A DNA stretch of 64,000 nt, taken from Octopus bimaculoides (taxonomy: Eukaryota). The stretch covers positions 26,420,030 to 26,484,029 of the forward strand of contig NC_068998.1 in NCBI RefSeq assembly GCF_001194135.2, given 5' to 3'. Positions 25,400 through 38,334 of the stretch are shown piece after piece. Each line of letters starts with the position of its first letter. Position 1 is the stretch's first letter. Position numbers and translations under genes: made by a program. A model generated the notes under the pieces. That model was given only the letters and a program-made list of their open reading frames with translations. It was not told the DNA's origin and searched no databases.

Positions 25400-27560
25400 A
25401 TATTTTCCATAACGTCAGGAACCCACCCGTGTCAGGTTCCTTACCTACCATAATATCGCATGAGGTTAGAGTAATCGTGGATAGCACTATTCGGGTTGAC
25501 GTAAGTCTCTGTATCACCGACCAGACCACCGATGACAAGAGCCCAAATTTCCCCTAAAGCCATGGCCAACATATCGATCTTTGCGTTTAGTTATAGGCCA
25601 AAATGATCTATGTGGTACCCCTTCGTTCGGAACCTTTTTCATCTGTGCTGCTAACCCTCAATTCACAACAATGTGATTTCTCCAGTTGCGATAGACATCT
25701 GCCAGGTCTATTCGATGGGCTCGAATGGGGTATGTGCACAACGCGGCAACAAAAGTCATCATTCGGTCTTCGATGAGTCATGATAGGCTATGTTACTTGA
25801 TTATGAACTGAAATGTGTTGGATTGTAGGATTGATGCCTGCTTCGACGTCCTATCGTTGGGTGAATGTGGTGAAAGGCTGGTAATAGCCACTGCAATATG
25901 AAAAGAAATGACTCGCTGCTTAAGGAGCAACTTGCCTCAGTTAATGAATATATACCAGACTTTTGTTGCCGCGTTGTGCCCATACCCCATTCGAGCCCAT
26001 CGAATAGTTTTCTTTCCTTCCTGTCTTAGAGCACCCTTCTAACCAGCTCTTCTAAATTTCGAACTAGATCTCCCTGTCGGCTAATTTTTTCTGTCACTAT
26101 TTCCATTACTGCAATCACTCTTTTCAGAGCTAAACATCATTCGCTTTGGCGATTGCCCCCGTCAGCTTCCGCTTAGCTAATTCAATAAAAATGTCTCTGT
26201 AAGCTTGCTGCGATGGTAAAGACAAGTCCAGCTTCCAGTAACTGGGTTGAGCAGATAATGTTCCAAAAGCAACCCTAATGCACATCCATCCACACTTATC
26301 GTTGATTTTTTTGTTGCTATGTGCTTATTGTTAATGACTTCCTTTTTCTATATCCGTGTTGCTACTGCAGTCCTGGCTATTGGGATGGATACAATTTAGG
26401 TTGCACTCGTGTTAGTAACGTTGGTATTGTCTGTGGTGGTGTTAGTTAAGGTGTTGGTGATGAGGTGGCGTTAATAGTGTTAGTATTGATGCTGTTGTTT
26501 TTATTGTTGGAGGTGGATAAAGGCATCTCTCCAATCCCTTCCAGACACTAATCCTTTGATATTTTGTTCCCTTTTTTTTCTTTTCTTTTGGATATTTTCC
26601 ACTATTCAAAGTATTCATCGTCAACTTCGTCACATGGTATGTCTAAGTGGCCCGAAGCGAGGAAAGATATTTCTTAGGGAGTTTGTACTTTGTTCTGACG
26701 TTCTTTTTGTTGTTGTTTTGGGATTTTCCGTTGTTATTGTCGTGATGTCGGTAATGCGTTAGTCTTTGAGGGCAGATCCTGGTGTTTTTTTGTTGTTGTT
26801 GTTGCTTGCAATGTTGGAATTGTTGTTGCTGTTGATGCTTTAGGTGCTGCTCACATTCTTGCAGCTGGGATTGCAACAACGGCTATTGCATTTCACGCTG
26901 TTGTTATTGTTTTTGTTGCTGTTGCTGTTGTAGTTGTTACTGGTGCTAGCGTATTTGATACTGTGGTGCTGGAAGTATTGGAGTGCATTCTTTCAGCGGC
27001 CACCTACTGTTGTTGCTGTTGGGGAAGAATGGCTTGAGGTGATCGGTGTTGCCAAAACTGTAGTATTTAGGTCTTTCACCACTCTTACCACCTCCAGCTG
27101 CTGTCGTCCTGGGATTTCTGTTTTGTCGAAGTTCCTATACAGTGCCTCAGGTTTCACCTAAGTCAGGATCTCTATACTTCATTCAACCCAATTAGATAGT
27201 TTCCTTTATTTCTAGCGTTGTGTATTAAGCTCTTCCAACACAACACAGTTCGCCACCCACCAGAATTCTAGTTCATGCCCATCCAATTATATGTTAGCAA
27301 TTTTTACCCGGATCATTCGCTGTCCCAGGTAAATTAGTATAAGTGAAGTATCTTTTGATCGGAGTTTTCGAAGGAACATTTACTCATATACAGCCATACT
27401 TGTGTGATTTCTTCCCAAATACAAGAGAAATAACTTATGGAGAGGCGTATTATTTGAGCAAGTGTTTTCGCCCCGTTCTAAATTTTCAAATGATGCCATA
27501 TTTAAAATTAGTGTCATATATATCCATCCTCTTCTAAAGAAGAATATGTCACTTAAATAT
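25400..27560 (-). mobile_element. Tx1/L1-clade LINE remnant, copy 3 (possible ORF1 trace, endonuclease end, linker, start of RT)
   Basis: Minus strand: PSYWKLDLSL (endonuclease end), WAQRGNKS (linker), DLADVYRNW, LVIGGLVG, VGKEPDTGG (RT start). IYLGQRMIRVKIANI near 27330 may be ORF1 (low confidence). Confidence 0.7.
25708..26007. repeat. 50-bp inverted repeat (1 mismatch) around a 200-bp spacer
   Basis: 25708-25757 is the reverse complement of 25958-26007. Confidence 0.95.
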
Positions 27561-27854
27561 CTTTCAGGGTTGACTCCAAATTGTGTTTAAATGGATTCAA
27601 AAAATCTGCTGTCTTTCACAAGACACGGGTATGTTAATTTTTGCTGCTCACGGGCCTCTGTAATTAATTGTAGAAGGCTGGTTTTAGTTCGCAGCACAAA
27701 ATATTTCCCAGTTTTTTTATCCCTCGAGTAAACATATCGCATCCAGAGTTTTCCCGTTGGACAAAACACTTGCAAAAGACGATTCATTGATGTTCGTGTT
27801 TACATACGAAGCGATATGCATATGCATATTGTTGTTGTTCTTCTTATTATCATA

Positions 27855-28098
27855 TTTCTTCTTCTTGTTTTTTCTTCTTCTTCCTCCCCTCATCCTCCTC
27901 CTCTTCTTCTTCTTCTTCTTCCTCCTCTTCTTCTCCTTCCTCTTCCTCCACTTCTTCTTCCTCCTCCTCTTCTTCTTCTTCTTCTTCTTCTTCTTCTTCT
28001 TCTTCCTCCACTCCTTCTTCCTCCTCCTCCACTTCTTCTTCTTCTTCTTCCTCCTCCTCCTCCTCCTCCTCCTCCTCCTCTTCTTCTTCTTCTTCTTG
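27855..28098. repeat. (CTT)n/(CCT)n triplet array
   Basis: Direct reading; poly-E/L/F ORFs are artefacts. Confidence 0.95.
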
Positions 28099-28475
28099 AC
28101 AAGATTTCTGCTCAGTTGACTTAGTGTTTATTATTAATGTTTTAGGTTGCAATTAAATGTGCATTTTTGTTGTTGCTTGTTTTCTGGGTGTGAAATTTAT
28201 AGTTTTTGCACTTTTTAAGTTTTCTTTCATTGGGCGTGGCGTGAAAAATTCATGCTCATCCCATATTTTGTGTGTATGGGTAACGGGAGGAGAGTAATAT
28301 TATTGAGTCCGAAAATAAACAATCGTTGTGTTTTGTTTTCTTAGCCCAGGAAGAGTTGACAACAAACTGTATGAAGTCATCTGAATGCGAATATTATTGA
28401 TAAAAAATCCATTCCAGCTAGGAATATCTTTTGCTTTCCCGAGAGACTTGTGAAACACCTCTATTTGGTAAGCAG

Positions 28476-28477
<2 letters not shown>

Positions 28478-28545
<68 letters not shown>

Positions 28546-28570
28546 CAATAATAATAATAATAATAATAAC

Positions 28571-28617
<47 letters not shown>
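28478..28617. repeat. (AAT)n microsatellite
   Basis: Direct reading. Confidence 0.95.
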
Positions 28618-28619
<2 letters not shown>

Positions 28620-28671
28620 GTAGACGTATGAATGTATATAAATATATGTCTGTATATCTTTTATCGTTTGT

Positions 28672-29004
28672 TTGTTTCATTCATTAAGCTGCAGCTATGC
28701 GTCGGCATAGCCTTGAAAAGTTTTAGTTAGACGATTCAACTCCATTACTTATATTTTTAAAGCCTGGTACTTTTTTCTTTTGGTTTTTATGCCGAACAGC
28801 TAAGTTACAGGGTCGTAAACACACCAACACCGGTTGTCAAACGATGGTGGGACACACACACACATATACATATACAACAGATTTCTTTCAATTTTTATCT
28901 ACAAAACCCACTCACAAGGCTTTGGTTGGCCCAAGGCTATAGCAGAAGACTGAACCCATAACCATGTGGTTGAAAAGCTAACTTATTACCACATAACCAC
29001 GCCT
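28672..29004 (-). mobile_element. SINE family B, near full length with internal deletion
   Basis: Reverse complement matches 11451-11836 from tail to head (ttaccacataaccacgcct). Confidence 0.85.
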
Positions 29005-30284
29005 TTACGCGCGCGCGCGCACCCACACAGATCTGTATGGTTTTTAATTAATAATCGGCAAAAGTTACAAAGTGATTCAAGGGCCGAGAGCTTTGTGAGT
29101 TGATATATTTGATAAGTACTAATACACGAAACTCTCCTCCTTGAGTCACTCTGTAACTTCTGCCGATTATTAATGAAAAAATAATGTGTATATACTCATG
29201 TTTTGAGTCCCCTTTTCCTGTTTGCATCACCAGATCTAAATATATTTGTATCTATTCATAGATGTATGTGTGTATGTATATATGTATATATATGTGTATT
29301 TGTGTATATACATATGTATATAACTACTGTCTGCAGGCAGTTTCCGTTTCCTATGCAGGCAAGGATTCCTCCACCTCTCTCCTAGAGATACTTTCGTGTT
29401 CTTTAATAATTTGAAACACTACCAGGGTATATAGATATCAAGTTGAATTAAAACTTCACAAAGAAAATAAATTATTGAAAATTTTTCTATATTTCCATAT
29501 CATTTAAAACATTTGATAAAAGATTTTTTTTCATTCAAAACAATTGAAATGCTTTACTACAATGGTAGGTCTTCTCTCTAGAATGTTTTTGCATTGATTC
29601 AAACATAATTCCAGAGACTCGTAAACAAGTCAATACTGGTATCGATAATTTTATATATTTAATACGAAAATTCTAATCATAAGGAAAAAAACCGCTTATA
29701 AAAATCAATTAAAAAGTGTTATCATTCATAAAGAATTATTTTTAAAAGCATCAAAATATGAAACATTTTCATATCGATTAAAATTTCATCTAGTAATATT
29801 AGCATACCATCTATCGCATATTATACTAATAAATTACAATAAATATATCATATACAAAATAGTAGAGATGGAACGACCATGAGGATAAGCTATTGGCTAC
29901 TGTTTTTTTTTTTATGAGCAGTTTTCTTGTGATTCAGTATACCTCATTGGCTCAGTATACCTAGTCGTCAACTAACAAAATGTCTGGAAATGTCAACCAG
30001 CGCAGGCCGATGCTTTTGTCGATGGGCAAAATTTATAGCTAAGCTGCTTCAAGTCATGGAACGGAGAGGTAGCCCACCTTTACCTTAAAAAACCTTCTGG
30101 AGTCTTAAAAGACATATACACGCGCATTCAAGCCCCTCTCCACCAAAAATCATCCAAGCACACATACCCACACCCACCTACCACCCTACATTTATATACA
30201 CATATTTATATATACATATATATATATACACACACATTTATGTGTACATACAAACTACAACTTACATATAATTTCTTCTACTAT

Positions 30285-30483
30285 TAGCACAGGGTCTGAA
30301 ATTTGGTGGGAGGGAGCTAGTCGACTACATCGACTCCCGTAATTGACTGGTATTGATTTTATCGACCCTGAAAGGATGAAAGACGAAGTCGACTTCGTTG
30401 GATTTTGAACTAGGAACAGAAGACCAGAAGAAATGCCGTTGAGCCTTACGTCCGGCGCAGTAACGATTCTGCCAGCTTGCCAC
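30285..30483 (-). mobile_element. SINE family A
   Basis: Colinear with 972-1196. Confidence 0.85.
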
Positions 30484-30545
30484 ATTACAGTTTTATGTAA
30501 CAGAATCGATAAAAAGGGTACACTTAACTTGCCGGGAACAGTGAA

Positions 30546-30642
30546 AAATCGAGCGTTTCGGACATAATCCTTTCTCAGGAAAAAGTTAACAGGAGAGGCA
30601 TTAATTTCCCTGAAGAAGGACTCTTTTCGAATCGTTTGATTT
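30546..30642. ncRNA. Inverted pair of degenerate PLE-type hammerhead motifs
   Basis: Minus strand ttcctgagaaaggattatgtccgaaacgctcg; plus strand tccctgaagaaggactcttttcgaatcgtttg; arms of about 43 bp, 11-bp spacer. Confidence 0.5.
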
Positions 30643-31004
30643 TCCATTCCTCACAGAAAGTTCACGGTGCTATTTTTTTTATCGATTTTACGAATTAATA
30701 CGTCTTGCTGACGCAAAACAGCACCGTCTCTTAGAAGCCAGTTTGACCGTATATATCACGAACGCAAATAATGACAGTTCCAAGATATTATAAATGCATT
30801 GTTCGAGTGAGTCTTAGAACAATAACCCGATATTTATTGTCAGTTATGTCAGGATATCAAAATTTCACTTGTACTCTAATTACATTTAAACTGATCTATT
30901 CCCAATATTTAATTAATAGAGGCTGATATATATGGTATCATCACAATAAAACATAAAGTGACAAGATTTCAAAATATTAGAATGAAATAATTAAGCATTT
31001 ACAA

Positions 31005-31246
31005 CAGTGGTTCCCTTGGGGTGGGGCGGAAAGATCCGGAGTTGAGGGCGTCGAAGAAAAGTGGAGCGATAATCGGGTGTAAAAACAACAAAATAATGGG
31101 TTAATTCGGTTTTTATTTGTGAATACAGTTGTTTTGAATTTGCTAGAGAAAGTGGTCTATATCTGTGATGGTGAGTGGGGGAGCGGCGCTAGGAATGTGA
31201 CCTAGGTACCTAGGGGCAGCAGCCCAAAAATGTTTCGGAGTCATTG
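31005..31246. mobile_element. hAT-like MITE
   Basis: Ends cagtggttccc / cggagtcattg (imperfect TIR) with 8-bp flanks atttacaa / atttaaaa (7 of 8 match, TSD-like). Confidence 0.6.
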
Positions 31247-31267
31247 ATTTAAAACATATAATTCAAA

Positions 31268-31430
31268 TATTGTAAGTTGGTATATATATATACGACGGGC
31301 TTCCGTACAATTTCCCCTTACAAAATTCATTCACAGGTTGTTGGTCGGCCTGAGTCTATAATAGAAAGCATTTGCTCGAGGTACCGCAAAGTAGGACTGA
31401 AACAATATGTTTGCAAAAAGAAGTTCTCGT
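31268..31430 (-). mobile_element. SINE family B, 5' half (diverged)
   Basis: tatatacgacgggcttcc...ttggtcggcctgagtctataatagaa...gtaggactgaa. Confidence 0.7.
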
Positions 31431-31639
31431 TAGAAAAAGAAAATTCTACAAAAGTATTGGCTGAAGGAGTATCACTCAATTATGTTCGGTCAATATAATT
31501 GCAATTGTCTGAGATGAGCAGAATTCACTTTCTTGTCTGTATGCTTAAAGTTATTGGACTACAATCGTCAGCCTAGAAATTAGTGCGATTGTTCACAGAC
31601 TGGAATGAAGAATTGTTGCCATATCTAATGTTCATAATA

Positions 31640-31691
31640 ATAGTGATAATGATGATGATGATGATGACGACGACAACGACGATGGTGGTGG

Positions 31692-31781
<90 letters not shown>

Positions 31782-31800
31782 TGATGATAATAATAATCAT
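31640..31800. repeat. (GAT)n/(AAT)n triplet array
   Basis: Direct reading. Confidence 0.9.
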
Positions 31801-32419
31801 AATATTCTTGAGTAATCTTTTTTTTTAATATTATAATTTTCTAGGATGCACTTGTATGAAATGTGATAATTTGTATCAAATAACTAAATATTAATTAGCA
31901 GTTATCCACTTGCCTAATTAACTTCTCAAATTTCCATACAAGAACGCAGATTTCTGTAATATTATATACAACAGCATTATATGCGTGCGTGTGTGTGAGT
32001 GTGTGTGTGTGTGTGTGTGTGTATGCATGTATGTGTGTATGTATGTATGTATGTATGTATGAGTATGTGAATATGTACAAGAAGAGGGAAAGAAATATCA
32101 TTTGGATGCATTAGGTATTGCTACCTGTTGGAAAGAGAGAACTCAATACGTTGGGAGAAAAAGATTTATTGTCCGATTCCACGAAAATGTGCGCGTTTGA
32201 GTGCGCGTGTGTGTGTACGCACGCTTGTGTGTGCGTGTGTGTGTACGCACGCTTGTGTGTGCGTGCGTGTGTGTGTGTGTGTGCACGCGCTTCATTTTTT
32301 AGTTCCTTAGTATGTTACAGTCATCACGTCTAAGGTCAGCCAGATGTCACACGCAATTCATTGTTAGGTTTCCTTGTTTCTGAGCATCGTAAGGTTTCCG
32401 ATTATGGTGCTGTGATTCT

Positions 32420-32476
<57 letters not shown>

Positions 32477-32849
32477 TCATATACGCGCGCGTGCACACAC
32501 ATACACACACATACTCATACACATACACACATACACACACTCACATATAATTCGTGTGTATGTGAGTGTGCGTGTGTCTATCTGTCTGTCTGTCTGTGAG
32601 TGGGTGAGTGTTGTTTCCTGTTCATTTATTGACAACTCTTGGTAAAACCCGAGGCAATTCCCGGCTTACAAACTAGTTGCGCTGTTTCGGTCTTTAAATC
32701 GGATTTATATGTCAGTCGGAAGAGTTAAGTACACTTCGTATAAGTTTGACAAATGTTTGCCTTTGTATATAGTATATATTCTACTTAAAACTTAGTATTG
32801 CCCTCACAGATACACGAACACAACAGTGGCTAGAGTTATAATATTTATC

Positions 32850-33330
32850 TATATTCCCTACCGCATAAATGATAAAATAGTCTGCATTCAAGTTGGTAGG
32901 AGTTGGCAGAAAAATATGTATTGAACTGTTTGAAAAAACAATGGGAGAAATATGCATATGAATCTAGCTTGCTGTCTAATTTGAAACGAACTAAGAAGTT
33001 TTACAGCTTCTATCTTTTTTCTTCTTAAGATTAAAATGCTCTCATTCTCTTATCTGTAAGCCACACGGAAATTTATCAATCTTTTCAAGTCTTATCTAAT
33101 TTTATAAATACTCTTTCAAGTATTTTTATGTGGTTAATCCTCTGGAACACCTTACAACGATGAGGAAACGACATTTCCGAAATCGGCCGTCTGTGATTAT
33201 GGAGAGGATAAATACTAAAATTTTAAAAGAAACTAAATTATTAAAAATAGATACCGAAATTGAAGTGGCGTTTTATAATTATTTTATGAAGAGAGAACAA
33301 TAGAGAACATTTCCAGCAAACTGCACAAGC
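32850..33330 (+). mobile_element. Penelope-like 3' remnant (possible GIY-YIG tail followed by pLTR)
   Basis: Degenerate hammerhead motif at 33153-33195; the upstream sequence weakly resembles the PLE endonuclease C-terminus (by eye, heavily mutated). Confidence 0.4.
33153..33195 (+). ncRNA. Degenerate minimal type I hammerhead motif
   Basis: ACGATGA in place of CTGATGA; stem II ggaaa/tttcc; GAAA; palindromic cggccg; GTC triplet; taca/tgtg stem I. Confidence 0.5.
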
Positions 33331-33394
33331 AGAAGAATCGGCCGTAGCAGCCGCCCCGCTCTAGTTGTTAACTACCGCAGTGAAAATTCGAGAT

Positions 33395-33650
33395 GCTAGT
33401 GTTGGCGGCAGTGGTGGTGGTCGTGGTGATTGCCGTGGTGGTGGTCGTGGTGATGGAGGCGTTTGGTGGTACGCAAAATGCCTGACTTGTAGATGAGTTG
33501 GTGGTAGAAGTATGCGATTGTTGTTACTCTTAATGTAACTGTTGGTTGTTGTTGCTGTTTTTGTGGTGGTATTGGTGATTATGATGGTAATGGTGGCGTC
33601 GTTGTTCTTCTTGTTGTTGCTAGTGGTAGTGGTCATGATAGTGGTACCAA
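33395..33650. repeat. Degenerate (GGT/GTT)n triplet tract
   Basis: Direct reading. Confidence 0.7.
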
Positions 33651-33896
33651 TGACATTATTTTTCCTCAATTATGTGTGGTGTCAGAGCAGCAATGGTTGT
33701 TGTAGCCGAATAGGTAACTAAGAAAGGAACGAAATGCGTCTTCTATGAAAACTCAGCCGCCTCAAAGCCTGTTTCTGCCCTCAGCATTCCCTCTTTCTGG
33801 TTGGGTGGGAAATTTGCAGCCACATGTGTTCAGTAAGATAAAATCCATATATAAACATAAATACATAATACAAAAATGTGTGTATATATATATTGT

Positions 33897-34294
33897 CAAG
33901 CGTGGCTCTGTGGTAAGAAGTTTTCCTCCAAACCACATGGTTCCGTGGTCAATCTCACTGTGTAGCACTTTGGGAAATTGTCTTCTACTATAGCCTTGGG
34001 CCGACGAAAGCTTTGTGAATGGATTTGGTAGACGGAAACTGAAAGAAACTTGTCGTATATATGCGTGTGTGTGTGTGTGTGTGTGTTTGTGTGTTTTTGT
34101 CCGCCCACCCACTGCTTAACAACCAGTGTTTGTGTGCTTTATGTCCCCGTAACTTAGCGATTCAACAAACAAGACTGATAGAATAAGTACCAGTACTTTA
34201 AAGAATAAGCACTGGGATCGATTCATTCGACTAAAATTCTTCAATGCAACGCCCCAGCACAGCTGCAGTTTGTTGACCGAAACAAGTAAGATAA

Positions 34295-34300
<6 letters not shown>
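33897..34300 (+). mobile_element. SINE family B, full length
   Basis: cgtggctctgtggtaagaag head, gcactttgggaaattgtcttctactatagcc core, gaaacaagtaagataaaaga tail. Confidence 0.9.
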
Positions 34301-34367
<67 letters not shown>

Positions 34368-34828
34368 ATAAGTCAGTAAATGGTGGGGTTGTGTTAACCG
34401 CACGTGGAGAAATAATAGGAGAATAAACAATAATAATAATAATAAGGCAGAATGCTATACTAAAATATATTTTCAGTTTAGCATTCNNNNNNNNNNNNNN
34501 NNNNNNNNNNNNNNNNNNNNNNNNNNNNNNNNNNNNNNNNNNNNNNNNNNNNNNNNNNNNNNNNNNNNNNNNNNNNNNNNNNNNNNNNNNNNNNNNNNNN
34601 NNNNNNNNNNNNNNNNNNNNNNNNNNNNNNNNNNNNNNNNNNNNNNNNNNNNNNNNNNNNNNNNNNNNNNNNNNNNNNNNNNNNNNNNNNNNNNNNNNNN
34701 NNNNNNNNNNNNNNNNNNNNNNNNNNNNNNNNNNNNNNNNNNNNNNNNNNNNNNNNNNNNNNNNNNNNNNNNNNNNNNNNNNNNNNNNNNNNNNNNNNNN
34801 NNNNNNNNNNNNNNNNNNNNNNNNNNNA

Positions 34829-34847
34829 GACAGACAGACAGACAGGC

Positions 34848-34918
<71 letters not shown>
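34829..34918. repeat. (GACA)n microsatellite after a gap
   Basis: Direct reading. Confidence 0.95.
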
Positions 34919-35099
34919 TGCTCTAGAGGATCTGGAAATAGTGGAACCAAATATTCCCTGCAGATAGCTCGGCAAAAATTTGACAATAACAAGTTTATAA
35001 AAGAGTAAATAAACAACAATTATTTTCGAGACTTAGGAAGCGAAGTGTGACACATTTTACCTAGGTAGAAGCAAACACAACAATAGCAGCAGCAGCAGC

Positions 35100-35135
<36 letters not shown>

Positions 35136-35562
35136 AATAATAATTGTTGCTGAAGTATTTATAACTGAGAGGGAGAATGAGTGTGTTTGGGTATAAAAAA
35201 AAAATAGCATTAAAGAAAAACTTCTTAAGCAGTTTATATCGAATGTTCGCTGGCGTTTCATCTCCGCGCTCGCTTTATTAATTCCACTTTAATTTAAAGC
35301 GTGATCGTTATCCTTTTCTTTGATGCTTCACTACTACTTGCATCGGATTTACGCTTTAGATGCATAGTTACGGGAATAAACACAAGGAAAATAACACGAA
35401 TAACACACACACACACATGACTGTGTTTACGTGATTCGACTTAAAATGGCGACAGCATGACCTAGGGCAAAACAACGTATTATACTTTGAGCATATTTTT
35501 CCTTTGTATCTACATTATGTGAATGGGTGCGTCCCACTGACACTTACATACACACATACCTG

Positions 35563-35598
<36 letters not shown>

Positions 35599-36569
35599 AA
35601 TATATATATANNNNNNNNNNNNNNNNNNNNNNNNNNNNNNNNNNNNNNNNNNNNNNNNNNNNNNNNNNNNNNNNNNNNNNNNNNNNNNNNNNNNNNNNNN
35701 NNNNNNNNNNNNNNNNNNNNNNNNNNNNNNNNNNNNNNNNNNNNNNNNNNNNNNNNNNNNNNNNNNNNNNNNNNNNNNNNNNNNNNNNNNNNNNNNNNNN
35801 NNNNNNNNNNNNNNNNNNNNNNNNNNNNNNNNNNNNNNNNNNNNNNNNNNNNNNNNNNNNNNNNNNNNNNNNNNNNNNNNNNNNNNNNNNNNNNNNNNNN
35901 NNNNNNNNNNNNNNNNNNNNNNNNNNNNNNNNNNNNNNNNNNNNNNNNNNNNNNNNNNNNNNNNNNNNNNNNNNNNNNNNNNNNNNNNNNNNNNNNNNNN
36001 NNNNNNNNNNNNNNNNNNNNNNNNNNNNNNNNNNNNNNNNNNNNNNNNNNNNNNNNNNNNNNNNNNNNNNNNNNNNNNNNNNNNNNNNNNNNNNNNNNNN
36101 NNNNNNNNNNNNNNNNNNNNNNNNNNNNNNNNNNNNNNNNNNNNNNNNNNNNNNNNNNNNNNNNNNNNNNNNNNNNNNNNNNNNNNNNNNNNNNNNNNNN
36201 NNNNNNNNNNNNNNNNNNNNNNNNNNNNNNNNNNNNNNNNNNNNNNNNNNNNNNNNNNNNNNNNNNNNNNNNNNNNNNNNNNNNNNNNNNNNNNNNNNNN
36301 NNNNNNNNNNNNNNNNNNNNNNNNNNNNNNNNNNNNNNNNNNNNNNNNNNNNNNNNNNNNNNNNNNNNNNNNNNNNNNNNNNNNNNNNNNNNNNNNNNNN
36401 NNNNNNNNNNNNNNNNNNNNNNNNNNNNNNNNNNNNNNNNNNNNNNNNNNNNNNNNNNNNNNNNNNNNNNNNNNNNNNNNNNNNNNNNNNNNNNNNNNNN
36501 NNNNNNNNNNNNNNNNNNNNNNNNNNNNNNNNNNNNNTATATATACACACATACATACACACACGCACG

Positions 36570-36608
<39 letters not shown>

Positions 36609-36621
36609 GCGCGCACACACA

Positions 36622-37002
36622 TACTTTTTTACTTTTACTTGTTTCAGTCATTAGACTGCGGCCATGCTCGGAAGCCGCCGGCCTTGAAGAATTTTTGGTC
36701 GACTGAGCCGATCACGAGACCTGTTTTTTAAAGCCTAGTACTTATTCTGTTTTGTCGAACAGCTAAGTTACAGGAACGTAAACAAACCAACACCGGTTGT
36801 CAAGCAATGGTAGTGGGCAATCACTGACACAAAGACGCAAACTTACACACACAGGCTTCTTTCGGCCTCTGTCTACAAAATCCTCTCACAACGCTTTGAT
36901 CAGCCCCTGGCAATAGTAGAAGACACTTGCTCAAGGTGCCACGTAGTGGGACTGAATCCGGAACCATGTGGTTAGGAAGCGGATTTCTTACCACAGAACC
37001 GT
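36622..37002 (-). mobile_element. SINE family B, full length
   Basis: Reverse complement matches 33897-34300. Confidence 0.9.
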
Positions 37003-37027
37003 ATGTATTTGTGAAAATTTAGAGAGG

Positions 37028-37099
<72 letters not shown>

Positions 37100-37499
37100 G
37101 AGAAAACTCGCGTCATATGTCTACAGACGTAACTGTAGTTGCTAATTTTGCTTCAGAACCAATGTCGGTCTGAATTCAATTCCACTGCGCAGACATTGCC
37201 TTCCTAAAGCCTGAACACACTGAACAGTTGCCTGGGGAGCCCCAACTCCAAGTTGCTCAATTCTGTTCTATGTATGCTGGGGACTACAGTCAATAAGTAA
37301 ATATATAATTTTGGGGGCCCAGTGCATTGATTTACGCAAGTGCCTAAAGCGTCACGAAGTCGGCACTGTACGCAGCACCTTCGGCATGTATCTTCTCTCA
37401 AAGCCTTGGATTAACCAATATTGAAGAGTTTGGTAAATTGAAACTCTACAAAAGCCCATCATCTACTTGTGCGCTTGTGTTTTGTCTTATATATAATTT

Positions 37500-37600
37500 A
37501 AAAGGAGGGGTAAGTTGATTCCGTCGACCCCAGGGTTCAACTGGTACTTATATTTTTCGACTTCAAAAGAATGAAAGGTAAAGTCGACCTCGGCGGAATT
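37500..37600 (-). mobile_element. SINE family A, 3' half
   Basis: ggggtaagttgattccgtcgaccccagggttcaactggtac...aaagtcgacctcggcggaatt. Confidence 0.8.
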
Positions 37601-37615
37601 ATATGTACGTATTGC

Positions 37616-37791
37616 TTTCAAATTTTGGCACAAGGCCAGCAATTTCGAAGAAGGGTTAAGATGATTGCATCAACCCCTGTACTCAACTGGTTTTATCGAC
37701 CCCCGTGAGGATGAATTCAGTACGTGAAGATGGACGAAATGCCGCTGAGCATTTCGCCCAGCGTGCCAACGATTCTGCTAGCTCACCACCT
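37616..37791 (-). mobile_element. SINE family A
   Basis: tttcaaattttggcacaaggcc...gattctgctagctcaccacc. Confidence 0.85.
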
Positions 37792-37824
37792 TAGAATTAT
37801 ATTAACATATTCACATCAGTTTCA

Positions 37825-37875
<51 letters not shown>

Positions 37876-37892
37876 CATTATTATTACCTCTT

Positions 37893-38115
37893 AGGCTGAG
37901 AGCAGGCGGAATCGTTACCACGCCGGAAAAAGAAAATGCTTAGTGGCATTTGTTCTGATTTTACGTTCTGAGTTCAAATACTGCCGGGGTCGACTTTGCC
38001 TTTCATCCTTTTGGGGTCGATAAAAATAACTGCCAGTCAAGTACTGGGGATCATTGTAATCGACTACCCCCCCCCCACCTCCAAAATTTCAAGCCTTGGG
38101 CCTATAGTAGAAAGG
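37893..38115 (+). mobile_element. SINE family A
   Basis: gcaggcggaatcgttacc...gagttcaaat...gtcgactttgcctttcatccttttggggtcgataaa. Confidence 0.85.
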
Positions 38116-38130
38116 ATTATTACTACCGTC

Positions 38131-38316
38131 AAGGTGACAAGCCGGCAGAATCGTTAGCATGCCGGACAAAGCATTTAGTGACATTCCTTCCGGCTTTACA
38201 TTCTGAGTTCAAATGCCGCTGAGGTCGATAGAATAAGTATCCGTTGAGCAGTAAGGTCGATGCAATCGACTCCCCCTCCCCTCATAATTGCTGACTTTGT
38301 GCCAACAATTAGAAAG
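38131..38316 (+). mobile_element. SINE family A, internal deletion
   Basis: gccggcagaatcgttagcatgccggacaaagc...gagttcaaatgccgctgaggtcga. Confidence 0.85.
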
Positions 38317-38334
38317 CCTCATTACTACCTTTAC

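Noticed and set aside
28345-28467. Segment bounded by a strong acceptor and a GTAAGC donor
   Set aside because: All three frames contain stops; it could only be a non-coding exon, and nothing else supports that.
29400-29880. AT-rich block with a hint of inverted symmetry
   Set aside because: The similarity is no better than expected from base composition.
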